In this document: positions 38,672 to 51,224 of the stretch, piece after piece
Layout of the letters: each line of letters starts with the position of its first letter
Numbering within the stretch: the stretch's first letter is position 1
NCBI RefSeq assembly: GCF_006345805.1
Contig: NC_043004.1
Coordinates: 82,336,001 to 82,400,000 of the forward strand
Direction of reading: 5' to 3'
DNA: 64,000 nt
Origin: Octopus sinensis
Taxonomy: Eukaryota
Program-made: the position numbers and the translations under genes
The notes under the pieces: generated by a model
The model's input: only the letters and a program-made list of their open reading frames with translations
Databases searched by the model: none
Told to the model about the DNA's origin: nothing

Positions 38672-38913
38672 ATTGTTCGAAAATAATTGTTCGAAAACAA
38701 TTATTCGAAAAATATTTATTCGGATGGAAAATTGTATGAATGAAAATTATTCAAAAAGACAATTATAACAAATGTTAATTATTCTAAATTTTTTATTCTA
38801 TTTTAACAAAAATTTAAAAAATTAAAATCACGTACACAAATAGTATTTCGAATAACTGTTTTTCGAATAATTGTTTTCAAATAATTGTTTTCGAACGATT
38901 GTTTTCGAACAAT
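38672..38913. mobile_element. Fold-back MITE with 14-bp tandem subrepeats in both arms
   Basis: ATTGTTCGAAAA(T/C)A x3 on the left and the inverse units x4 on the right. Confidence 0.75.
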
Positions 38914-39532
38914 TTTCATGATAAGTAACAACCATCTTTCGAATTTTAGGTAGCATGACAAGAGACATTCAACAACACTTTCGTCTATAATCTGCAATCA
39001 TAAACACGAAGGGATCAATTTTGATATCAAATGGAAAAAAAATTCTTCTCTCGATCCAGACCCCATATTAACGAGTCTAAAAATGTTCAGTAAATTCGTT
39101 TGAAAAACTTTATCTATTTAAACACTGGAGAACCTTCAACAAATACATAAACTCGAGGAACGAGATTTTTTCTGTATGTCCGCATTTCAAAAGACAAATT
39201 TTTTGGGAATATTTCGTTTACATCTGCATTACATCGAATTCTTGTAACGTTAGTTACCTTCCTTGTGTTTGCTTTTTGTTTTCTTCTTTATTAGGGTCCA
39301 TTGTATAAACGATTTTGCGTTCAGTTTGATAAATGGCGGAATCAATTATTATTCCGACCAGGAAAAACAGGGTAGCTATTTGTAAGAATTTTGGCTTTTT
39401 ATTTAAGATTATATATGCGCATGCATATATAATACATACATACACATATACAAACATAGTTAATATATATTTAACACATAAACATATGTTAAATGTATAA
39501 TAACTATCTGTGTATGTATGTATTATATATGC

Positions 39533-39603
<71 letters not shown>

Positions 39604-39799
39604 GGATGGCCTAAAATTAGATTTACAGTTATCACGTATACATTATAAATTTATTTTGAAACATCTTATTAAATCTGAAAAGGGAGTTTACAACCTGAAG
39701 AAGGAGCTAAATTAACATAGAATAATGGTTTCATATATTTTTATAATTAAGATCTAAACTGTTACGATAAGAACGCGAAAGTATATATATATATATATA

Positions 39800-39960
39800 A
39801 CGGGAAGCTTTATGAAAATAAACAAAAGACGAAGGCAGGTGGAAAACAAACGAACAATTGTATTAGTATGGCGCTCAGGAAATATAAATAAAACAAGTCT
39901 TTAACGTTTCGAGCCTACGCTCTTCAACAGAAAGATACACAGAGAGAGAAAAACACAGAA
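39800..39960 (-). mobile_element. (TA)n-embedded HHR-bearing repeat, family H2
   Basis: Homologous to 43930-44054 and 46830-47010. HHR at 39898-39935 reads TCTTT CTGTTGA A GAGC-GTAG-GCTC GAAA CG TT AAAGA. Confidence 0.75.
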
Positions 39961-40011
39961 AGAAGGAGAGAAAAAAAATGCGTGCAGTAGCTAACGAATC
40001 AACATAACATA

Positions 40012-40300
40012 CAAAATGGGACAAGAACGCAAAACATCCGGATACAAAAAGGGAAACAGAACATCCAGATAGACGATACAAAAAAAAAAAAAAAAAACAA
40101 GGATGGGTTATTCGAAGCCTTTTATCTTCACTCAAGAACCGGATCATCCTCGCAATTTCGGCTGATTAATCTTGAGATTGCTCCATAAATGAATGACCCG
40201 TCCTTGTTTTTTTTTTTTTGTATCGTCTATCTGGATGTTTTGTTGTCCCTTTTTGTATCACTTAGTTGTCCGGATGTTTTGCGTTCTTGTCCCATTTTGT
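40012..40300. repeat. Inverted repeat (about 100-bp arms) around an 80-bp core
   Basis: 40012-40110 pairs with 40193-40300. The core is homologous to 18590-18660. Confidence 0.85.
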
Positions 40301-40312
40301 ATTTTATCATAT

Positions 40313-40377
<65 letters not shown>

Positions 40378-40419
40378 CGGCGTACGTACACCTTGTTCTC
40401 TTATATCTAAGTACACATT

Positions 40420-40463
<44 letters not shown>

Positions 40464-40466
<3 letters not shown>

Positions 40467-41105
40467 CGATTATTTGCCAACGGAATGTGGCAGTCCCGTT
40501 TGGGACGAATGCTATTGGTGTTTAGCTGGCTATACGACACACATCTGTATGTATCCATACATTTTCGAACAAGGGAGCTTAGCGGCCCCACCTGGCGCAA
40601 AAAAGTATCTGTGAGCCGTAGAGTTTCAGGGATATTTTCCTTCATCAGCACAAAATAATTCTTTGGCTGAGATGGCGCTGCTAAACACTCGTCCGAAAGT
40701 ATATCAAATTATCACTGGTCTAATAATCAGAAACATTATCGATCCTAAATCTCTCAAAGAGAGTTATTCTGTGGCAGTACTTAAAAGTAAAGATTACTTG
40801 GCAATCTAATGTGGCAGTCCCAATTAGGATGAATGCTACTACTGTTTAACCCCAGGAGACATTGTCTCCAGCTGGGTAAACGACACAAATCTTTGTCTTT
40901 ATATTTTAGAACACGGTTAGTTTAGCACACCCACACAGCAAAAAGCAGTATCTATTCCAAAATATAAGGACACAGAACGTGTGTTGTACAGGCAGCTGTA
41001 GACGATGTCTCCTGGAGCTAAATAGCAGTAGCATTCGTCCCAAACGGGACTGCCACATTAGGCTGGTAAATAATCGTTACTTTAAAGCATTGCTACTGAA
41101 TAACT
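40464..41105. repeat. Three-arm repeat: direct copy 40464-40545 plus hairpin 40762-41105
   Basis: The motif ATGTGGCAGTCCC..GGACGAATGCTA is present twice forward and once reversed. Confidence 0.8.
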
Positions 41106-41299
41106 GTTGTTGATAGATTTAGGAACGATAATATATACACACACATAGACACACACATATATATATATATACATGTACATATATATATATATATAATATT
41201 ATATATATATATATATACATACATACATACATACATATATATATTATATATATATATATATATTATATATATATATATATGCATATATAGGTACATGAC

Positions 41300-42170
41300 G
41301 TAACCAACCGTTCAAATAACATGAAATACGCAAACAAACGAGTTAAATGCGTAAAAAACGGGAAAAACATGGAAAACAGGGCAAGTAAACACAGAAAAAG
41401 AAGCCTCATCAGTTGTCGGCTGTTTATCTACTCCTCATTTCGAGCATTAAACGACAATCTCAGTCTTCAAAGACAGTTGCTCCCATGAATTCTAAAATAA
41501 AATTTAGGATTTATGGAGGGTCAAATTTGGGGAAAGTAAGATAACAGTGGAGACATACAAAGAAACAAAGCGTAAACAAACATGGAGAGTCGTTAGACCA
41601 GAACGAGAGGAAAATAGTGAACGCTGAGAATTTTTTTTTTTTTGGAAATAGAAAAGGTAGAAGTGAGAGAGAATAGCACGTTCGTTCTTTTGAACGTCCG
41701 AGCGGGAAAAGAAAGATGGTCATGTGAGGAAAAGAAAGATGGACGATGGTCACGTGTGAGCAGCGAGAGAGAGAAAGAGAGAAAGTGAGAAAGAGAAAAA
41801 GGGGAGGAAGAGAGAGCGACAGCTAGAAAACGGTGAAGGAGAGAGGCGAAGAAAAAAAAGAATTAGAGAAAGATGGAGGAAGAAAACAGTATAGAGAGTC
41901 GCATCAAAAAGATGAAGATAAACTTACTTGGAAATGGATGCGTTGCGTTAAATTAAATATATATATATAAATATGTATATATAACCGTGAAAGTAAGATG
42001 AAATACTTAAACGAGTTAAATACGTAATCAATGAGGAAAAGGGAAAACAGGACAAGTAAATATAGTGACAAGACCCTTCATCAGTTGTCGGCAGTCTATC
42101 TACTCCTCATTTCGAGCATTCAACGATAATGTGAGTTTTCAAAGACAGTTGGTCTCATAAATTCTAAAAG
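41300..42170. mobile_element. Two direct copies of a (TA)n-associated repeat
   Basis: 41300-41505 and 41985-42170 share TCATCAGTTGTCGGC..CTACTCCTCATTTCGAGCATT..CAAAGACAGTTG. Confidence 0.75.
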
Positions 42171-43164
42171 AAATATATATTTATATATATATACACTAGA
42201 GTATCCGTGAAGTGTTAGGTCACTGGGAAAGTCCGTGTTTAGGAAGCAATGTACTTTTGTTTCGTGGGTTTTTTCTTTTCCAGATTATTTCGCATGTGCA
42301 AACGGCTCTTTCCCCAGAAAAGGTAAGATATAGTTGTTATTTCTTGCACGCTCTGCTACCACGTAACAGGTATTTCGGATACTTTATCGCAAATAGCTGT
42401 TACGTAGAAGCTGGGCGTGCTAGAAGTAGTAGCTAAATCTTTGATGGTGAGATACGTCGAATGTACTCGAAAAAATCTATACAAAAAAATTATTTCACAC
42501 TGAGGTTAAGAACGGGTCTTTTACGAAATATCTATCGTATTTTTAAAGACATTTTCTAAATATCATTTTAAAGTTATTTTAAAGTAATTTTCTAAATATT
42601 TATAAAAGTCATTTTGAAGTCATTTTCTAAATATGACCAAAACATTTTTGTAACGGTATTCACTTGAAAATGATTTAAAAAGAAAACCATAAAAATATTG
42701 TCTGTTGAAAGAAACCTAAAATATGATTACTTATTGGACAAACAACTTACATTTTTGAAATCATATTCACTTAAAAATATTTCTATATGATTAAAATATT
42801 GGTTTTTTTTACAAAAGCGAAATTAAGAAACATTTGCTGCTCAAAAATAAATCGTATTTTTTCGTTGCCAAGGTACTGTATCTAATTTAAAGGTATGATT
42901 TACTTCCCTTTCAGAATTAAAATAATTTCTGGGAATTTTCCCATTATGCACCATTTTGGATATTTACACCCCGAAAACCCGTAATATCTCCACAAGAATT
43001 TATCCAATTTGCGCGAAATTTGTTTTGTTCTGTTCGTATTTACACTTCAGGGGTGATGTAATTCATAGTATTTTCACATTATGCGCCAGTTTGGTTGGGT
43101 AACATTGCAAGCAAGAAAGGTTCAAGATGACTTTTTATGTATTATATATATATATATATATATA

Positions 43165-43907
43165 TCTTTATATATATAAAACTGAGAATGTGTGTGTGTC
43201 TGTGTGTCTGTCTGTCTGTCTGTGTGTTTCCCTAAAACTTGAGAACTACACAGCCAATTCCATTCAGATTTTACACATGCCTTACTTAAGGTCCATGTAG
43301 TTTCATGGGCAAAAAAAAACAAATGTTCAACTTCTTGCCTACAGCGAGCCCATAGCAATATCATATCTTCTCCACTATTTCGGTATTACGTGTTAAAAGT
43401 GAAACAAAAATATTTCTCTATTTTATGTCAGATGCTTTTACTTTAACAATAAAAATAATAACAATTGAATTATATGTAGTAAGTAATAATTAAAATCAAA
43501 CTAAAGTATAATATAATCGTAACATACAAAAGTAAAAATAGCAATTGGTATAAAATTGCATCAATGATTTGAACTTAAATAAGTGGTTTCACATGAATGG
43601 GAATAAATAAAAAATATAATTAGCGTGCAGAAATGGAATAGTCCAGATGGATAATAAAAAATTAAATTAAAGAAAAGACTATTGTCTATTAAGTATACAA
43701 TGTAGAGAAAAAAGAAGAGCTAACAATTCCAGTCTGTTATATATTTTGAGTATTGTTATCACTAGCGATATCAAGATATAACTTTGTATTTTGCATTTTA
43801 TGTGTAGATGTATATATATAGATGGACATGTAATATGTACACATATATATACACATATATACATGCACTAGCACCATGACCCGGCAACGACGGGTCTTTA
43901 ATGCTAG
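43165..43907 (+). mobile_element. Non-autonomous Helitron
   Basis: 5' TC after A (TCTTTATATATATAAAACTGAGAATG(TG)n..). 3' hairpin GACCCG/CGGGTC at 43878-43896, then CTAG at 43904-43907 followed by T. Confidence 0.8.
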
Positions 43908-44176
43908 TATATATATATATATATATATGTAGTGAGAATTTACAAAAAAAAACCCCAAAAAACAAAGGACGAAGACGGGTGTGCAAACAACAAACAGATG
44001 CATTAGTTAAATGCTCGGAAAGTGGGAAAGTCTTTTACGTTTCGAGCCTACGCTATTATATATATATATACCAGAGAAAGCATATAAATGTGAAAGAAGG
44101 TGGGAAAAATATTTCTCGAATACTGGAGGTAGTGTAATATGCTTTATTATTAAAGCTGAAAAAGCCTCACAAGAAA

Positions 44177-44218
44177 AACTGCTACTCAGAGTTTCACGTT
44201 CCCGTTCATCGGACAGTT
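44177..44218 (-). ncRNA. Complete minimal hammerhead motif (CCGAUGA core), with mutated inverse copy at 44234-44275
   Basis: AACTGT CCGATGA ACG-GGAA-CGT GAAA CTC T GAG TA GCAGTT. Confidence 0.65.
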
Positions 44219-44339
44219 GTTATTCAGAGGCACAACTGTCCGATGAACGGGAACGGGAAGCTTTGAGTAGCAGTTGCACCGCGATGTTTTTACAGCTTTA
44301 ATAATAAAGTATATATATATATATATATACATATATGAT

Positions 44340-44630
44340 CACCGTGACTGACTAGGTTATCAGATGTTGCTACACACCGATGGTTACAATGCGCTTCGCA
44401 TAGTTTTAGCCTTCAAATGATGCAACCCCGCCGGCAAGCTAACAGAAGAAAGAGTGAGAGAAAGTTGTGGCGAAAGAGTACAGCAGGGATGGCCACCACC
44501 CCCTGCAGGAGCATCGTGGAGCTTTAGATGTTTTCGCTCAATAAACACTCACAACAGCCGGTCTGGAAATCGAAACCGCGATCCTACAACCGCGAGTCCT
44601 CTGCCGCAACAACTGGGTCATTGCGCCTCC
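44340..44630 (-). mobile_element. SINE family C variant
   Basis: Head on the minus strand at 44560-44630. Confidence 0.75.
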
Positions 44631-44635
44631 ACACA

Positions 44636-44673
<38 letters not shown>

Positions 44674-46411
44674 CGTATACATACATACACACATATACAT
44701 GAAAAACTATCTGCTTTGAGTTAAATACATTGTTTATAACTGTGGTGGGATGTAATAAAATTCCTTCAATTAAATGTGTTTAAATTGATAATGTTGGTGA
44801 AATGTGCACATTAAAGGCGGTGCTCCAGCTTAAAGGCGGTGCTACAGCATGGCTACGGTCAAATGACAGAAACAAGTATAAGAATAAAAGAATAGCTCTC
44901 GAAACGCGACTGTTGATTGCCTCATATTGAAATGTGCATGTATGTATGTTTGCATGTATGAATGTATGTGTGAATTTATGTATGTGTATGTATGTATATA
45001 TATATGTGTGTGTGTGTATGTGTAATATAATATATGTATACAGAGGTATAGCTATATATATATATATATATATATATTTCTGAACCTGTATATATGCATA
45101 AGTATATCTATTGATATGTATCTTTGCTTATATATATATGTATTATATACCTACACGTTTATATGTGTGTATGTAGTTATATGTATCTGTGTGTAAATAT
45201 ATATATATATATATATTATGTATATACACACATACACACACATAAATTTGTATATGCATGAATATATTTATATTTATATACGTGCGTATGTATGGACATA
45301 TGTCTAAATCTATCTGTCTATATACACACAGACATAAACACACACAAAAACACACACACATACACACACATATATATATACTCATAAATATATACACAGA
45401 GGAAATGTATTGATAACAATACATATTTACCAAGAAGATAAATCTATATGAAAGATTAATTTTCCCCAATAACCACGTGGATATGTAAATATATATTTCC
45501 TGTAAGCAGATATAAATGTTTCGCCTCATTCTGTTAAACAAAACCATACACATATATACTTAGATAATGATATATTTCAACATAGTTATTTTCATTATAA
45601 AATTAATTTGAGTTTTAGATGATTATTATGTAAGTCGCATAATATTTTATTTAAATAATTTTATCTGGAATTGTTGTTGAAAACGAAGCTAAACCAGTAT
45701 ATTTGTTACGAAACTGAAAACGCAAATAATAAATTCAAACATCTTTTTATTTACCTTCGACTGTACAGTGTTAAACATATAACATCTTCATATACATATA
45801 TAAGCATCTATAAATTTACATACATACATACATACTAGGTAAGAAGACATGAAAAAATGGCGTGTTATAAATACAGAATATTGGTACTCAGGCCTGATGA
45901 GGTATCTAGAACTCAACGTCGGCTGAAAGGTACATTAAGAAAGAAAATATCTAGTAGACTATGTTAGTCTTATTGCTTGGGGATCCGTTTCTGGAATAAG
46001 TTCTTTCTTTTATAAGTCTTATTTGAAACCTATAAATTAATTCTATGTGTTTCATTTGATGTTGTTACTTGTAGCTATGAACTGGTGGATTCCTACGCAG
46101 CACTTATAATTATAACACTGTTGACATCACCGGGTTAGAGAGTAGTACCCAGGTGTCGAAACCATAGTGATATCCGTTTGGCAGCTGATGATGGGAATCC
46201 TCATTTAGTATACTTGTTCGCAATTATTTTAAAATCTTAGTCATATTATTCTTAGTTGTTCTTCATTCTTGGAAAGTGGAAAGTGTTTATGGAGTCATAT
46301 TTTGTGGGGATTACTTACATTGGTATAGGTTGACTTTTCTTGTTGGGGGTAATGTTATTAGGGGCTTTGATGCACTTAAATATTAACGTGTAATTCTGTG
46401 ATGTTCTGTGG

Positions 46412-46464
<53 letters not shown>

Positions 46465-46472
<8 letters not shown>

Positions 46473-46736
46473 TAGAAGGTATGTGGTACTCAGAAATCCG
46501 GATGGTTTTAGATATTTATTAGTATGTTACATGTTTTTATACATCATATGTCGTATATCATATAATAGCGCTTTCGTCCATTCTAGTGGAGTTGTCAAAT
46601 TGAACTCCACCAGAATGGACGAAAGCGCTTAAATGATATATGATATATGATGTATAAAAACATGTAACAAACTAATAAATATCTGTAAATATAAAACCTT
46701 CCGGATTTCTGAGTACCTCATTTCTTCTAATATATA
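46465..46736. repeat. Near-perfect 270-bp hairpin adjoining (TA)n, 9-nt loop
   Basis: The arms pair to the apex GTGGAGTT-GTCAAATTG-AACTCCAC. Confidence 0.95.
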
Positions 46737-46789
46737 ATATTTGTACATCATCTCCAAACCTTATATATATTATATATATATATTATATA

Positions 46790-46835
<46 letters not shown>

Positions 46836-46933
46836 TAATCCAAACAAGAAAGCACAAAAAAAAAACACAACAACGCGAGGACGTGGAACAAATATAGTAT
46901 ATTGGACGCTCAGGAAAGGAGGAAAGAAGGAGG

Positions 46934-46968
46934 CTTTAACGTTTCGAGCGGAGCTCTTCGTCAGAAAC
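46934..46968 (-). ncRNA. Minimal hammerhead motif, family H2, intact core
   Basis: GTTT CTGACGA A GAGC-TCC-GCTC GAAA CG TT AAAG. Confidence 0.7.
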
Positions 46969-47722
46969 ATAGGAGAAGGATGATCCAGAGAAGGGAAGAC
47001 AGAGGAAAAAAATCGATTTATATACATATAGATATATATATATATATATGTTGTGTATGTATGTATGTGTGTGTGTGTATGTGAGTTTGTGTGTTTATAC
47101 GTTTGTACATATGCATATATACACATACATATATATGTAAATGTTTGTATACATATGCGTATATATATATGAATGTATATATAAACATACATACACACAC
47201 ATATATATACGTGTGTGTATATATATATATATATATAAACACGCACTTATATTTTGATATTAAGCTTGGCCTGTAAGGCCGAGAAGCACTTATATTTGTT
47301 ATATATACACATGTACATACATATATACATACATATATACGCACACATATATATGTATATAGATGCATGTATGTGTGCGTGTGTGTGTGTGCATCTACGT
47401 GCGTTAATATCGAACAATGTGAATAAACTCTCAGCAATTATCAAGCCGGTCACCGGGGATATTTATGTTGGATGAGCGTGGAATATTCATAATAGTCTCC
47501 TTTCGGGATCCAAAACTTGGCAAAGAACCCCCAAAACCGTAACCCTAATTATTTTAAGTTTTCTCTCTCAGCATGAAACTAATGGTAGCCCCATCACACA
47601 CACACATATATATGTATGTATATATATATAATATACATACAAGTATATATAAATGCATACATGTATGTATATATGTGTGTCTGCATGTAGATGTATCACA
47701 CACACACACACGCATATATGAT

Positions 47723-47767
<45 letters not shown>

Positions 47768-48879
47768 TTGTATTGTATTGTATCATCACGTTGGTTTTGA
47801 AGTGGTTTCATTTATTCTATACTTAAAATACTAATACGTTAACCAATTATTTGCTATTTATGTTATCATAAAATGGTCGACTGGCAAGAGATAGATTAAG
47901 ATTCCGGCTACATTGTTGCAGTATTTGAGTATCTAATTTTCTACTTGTATTTCGATTCCCAAATGTTTTGACTTTGCTCTCCTTCGCTTTACCATCAAGT
48001 AATAACACTAGACTATTGAAGAGTAAAGAAAGTGAAGCGATGTACTTTACTACACGAGTTAAGCTACTCAGAGAGCTTCTCAATGAGTGTGTGGCTTTCA
48101 TCAAAGCTTGGAAGAAAGAAAATCAATATTTTCCTCCATAAGAAATAAATATTTTCTTCCTTGTCTGAGCAAACTGTCAGCAGCTGAACCGACAAAAATT
48201 TAATAAAATTTGCAAATTTAAATAAGTTTCCGCGCCACAGGGAGACGTGAGTACTTCAAATTACTTTCCCCGAAGAAAGGCTACACTCAAAACATAAACG
48301 CAATCTATAATTCCCGAAGGTGTTCAAACTTCATCAAATTTGCAAAATTTAATTATTAACGTTTGATTCCGTCTTTATTTTAAGTATTTTAAATCCTCGG
48401 GCCTGTCTATTGCTTAGACATACAGTATCCTGTGTTTGAAGATAATGTGATTATTTGCGGTTTCTATTGACATTCTCAAAGCTCTTATAATGCTACCATT
48501 TTACCAATATTTCATTCATTGCTATTATTTCTATTGTTCTTGAATATATCAATATACTTTGTTGTGGTTGTATTGCTTTTGCTATATTTTATAAGACATT
48601 AAACTGACAGGTTCACTTTCGTCTATTTCTTAATAGTTTTAACCATGCCTTCTATAAAGTAGCACTAACTTTCGTTGTACTTTAGTCGACCGACCTGGTC
48701 ACTGACACAGTTCTCCTACATCTTTGTGTCGACCGATAAATATAATAAAGAGAGCAACGTTGTAACATTAGCAACTTTGTAACATGGCGACGCAAGAAAG
48801 AAAAGATAAGCAAAAGCTATGAAACCCCTCCAACGATAGAAATATGTAAAAATAAAATAAAAGAAATGCATAGGCGCAG

Positions 48880-49043
48880 GAGTGGCTGTGTGGTAAGTAG
48901 CTTGCTAACCAACCACATGGTTGCGGGTTCAGTCCCAATGCGTGGCATCTTAGGCAAGTGTCTTCTGCTATAGCCCCGGGCCGACCAATGCCTTGTGAGT
49001 GGATTTGGTAGACGGAAACTGGAAGAAGCCTGTCGTATATATG

Positions 49044-49074
<31 letters not shown>

Positions 49075-49277
49075 CTGTGTTTGTCCCCCTAGCATTGCTT
49101 GACAACCGATGCTGGTGTGTTTACGTCCCCGTTACTTAGCGGTTCGGCAAAAGTGATCGATAGAATAAGTACTGGGCTTACAATGAATAAGTCCCGGCGT
49201 CGATTTGCTCGACTAAAGGCAGTGCTCCAGCATGGCCGCAGTCAAATGACTGAAACAAGTAAAAGAGTAAAAGAGTA
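48880..49277 (+). mobile_element. SINE family A, full length
   Basis: Complete head-to-tail copy. Confidence 0.9.
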
Positions 49278-49598
49278 TAACCGAATACATGTAAAATTAT
49301 TCATTTTCTTTCATATTAAGCCCCGCCCCATTCATGCCGATCGTCCATTTAAGCTGACACTTTATTTATAAGGGTATAAAACAAATACTTGATACAAATT
49401 GTGATTTATGTATGATCTGTATCAAAGAATGAAATATGTTCTTAACGCGTATGTCATCTTGTATCAAATAGATTTCAATGAAATGTTTTTCAGTTGTTAT
49501 TTAGGTCAAAATAATAGTATCTGTGAATTTTCAAGCAATTTCGTTCACCAGAAAAATTTCGACACGAATGGGTCAAAATTTATTCACTTTTAGCGTCG

Positions 49599-50262
49599 AT
49601 ATGATTACTGAAAACTTCCTGACTTTAAGAGTGTTGCAGAAGGCAAAGCTGGAGGCCCAGCCTTCTGAGTTCTTTTACAGGGCTTGGAAAATATGAAGGA
49701 CCGCTGCAGTAACTGTGTGAATCTGAGAAGGGGAATATGTTGAATAAAATCATAACTGATGTTTCTGTATTTTCTTTTATTCAAAGCCAGGAATATTTCA
49801 GGATCTTTTCGGTTTGAACGGCAGTTTTTTCTAGCGGTGTCATATGAAACTGTCACCCATAATTATGACCCTAGTATCGATCTATTGATCTGTTTTGGGG
49901 TTAGGGTTAGTTAAGGTTAGTTACAGTTAGGGTTAGGGGTGGGGGGAAGGGTATCTTTTTTCTTCACAAATGCAAATACACTCAATCTGTTTCTTAAACG
50001 AGGGACATATTCATACGGCACAGAAGGTTTTTTTTTTACCTCAATAGACGTCATTGATTGGTTGAAATTGCAGAAATTGAAGAAGAAAAAACCAACAAAT
50101 ATCTTACAAACTATAGAAGTTTCTCAATAAAGCCAAGACAAAAGGATATTTTATAAACACATTCTACCAGTATACGAAGTTTAAAAGTGTTTAGTTACGT
50201 GGAAATTATTTTAAAAAGCTGCCGTTGAAACCGAAAAGATCCACATTTCATCACCCCTCGTA
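49599..50262 (+). mobile_element. Mariner-derived MITE interrupted in its right TIR
   Basis: Left end CTGAAAACTTCCTGACTTT. The interior encodes FLQGLENMKDRCSNCVNLR-GEYVE* (mariner transposase C-terminus). The right TIR is completed as ..TTTCATCACCCCTCGTA after the nested insert. Confidence 0.8.
49801..50242. mobile_element. 442-bp MITE with GG-starting 28-bp TIRs and 8-bp TSD (Merlin-like, hAT possible)
   Basis: TIR GGATCTTTTCGGTTTGAACGGCAGTTTT. TSD ATATTTCA/ACATTTCA. Confidence 0.85.
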
Positions 50263-50581
50263 TATTGATAACATTTAATATCTAAAGAAGATAATTAAAC
50301 TAAAGAAATATCAGAAGCTAAACACATGGTGAACGTTTTCAACTCATTAACATAAACATCAACTCTGACATATATATCATTTTCGTTTTTCAATTCATTA
50401 TTTAACAATGTTCCAACTCATCACTCACTTACGTAATATAAAAAAACTACATAAATATCAAAGAACGAAATACAACACCCAAAACAGCTTTGTATAGATT
50501 AAATGGAAATAAACGATCGGTAATGATATAGCTAAAAACATAACTAAAAACATAACGAAAGAGGTCTTTCTCACTTATTTC

Positions 50582-50808
50582 AATCAGTGGGCAGCGGCCA
50601 TGCTGGGGCACCGCCTTGATTCGTTTAGCCGTACTGATCGACCTCAGAACTTATTTCTTTTAAAGCCTGGTGTTTATTTCCGTCTACCAAATTCACTCAC
50701 GAAGTCTTGGACGGCCCGAGGTTATAGTAGAAGTCACTTACCCAAGGTGCCACGCAGTGGGACTGATCTAGGAACTATGTGGTAGAGAAGTGAACTTCTT
50801 ACCACACT
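50582..50808 (-). mobile_element. SINE family A, internally deleted
   Basis: Tail and head segments joined. Confidence 0.75.
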
Positions 50809-51224
50809 TTGTGAAATCCAATAAGAGGATTCCCAGAAACAACCTAATAGCAGGGCATCTCTAATAACACCCCCACAAAAAAACGCCCTGATTACTTTTC
50901 CATCTTTGAGGCATCGTAAGTATTCATTTCCAGTCTTGCTTACAAAAGCAAAAGATACTCAGCTCAGTACGTTAAGAAGTGTGAGTCATTCGGACTCACC
51001 ATTCTTGCCATCCAAATCTACCGTTTGATAAACACACTAGGAGGCAGCACCTCTTCCTCCACACAAATCTTTTTCTTCTAATGTTATTTGAAGAAGCTGA
51101 TGAGAGCTTAACCAGGTAGGAAAATGCCTGCATTGAAAGACTTACTGATGTGTTTACCGCGTAACCCCTTCCGTCACGGCCACCAAACACAAGTAAAGAG
51201 TCCGGGCGCTTCAGGTGCATTCAG

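Noticed and set aside
40478-40515. GTCCC-GTTT-GGGAC-GAAT resembling the Sm-alpha hammerhead stem II
   Set aside because: No CUGANGA at the right spacing, and GAAT instead of GAAA in all three copies.
45894-46215. CTGATGA..GAAA at 45894-45928 and similar cores at about 46118 and 46196
   Set aside because: Stems I-III cannot be formed convincingly. At most highly decayed relics.
47847-48104. 85-aa minus-strand ORF
   Set aside because: No motif or splice evidence.
50996-51220. LLVFGGRDGRGY, a Kelch-like word, with GTAAGT/GTGAGT donors nearby
   Set aside because: A single short match, with conflicting splice signals on both strands.
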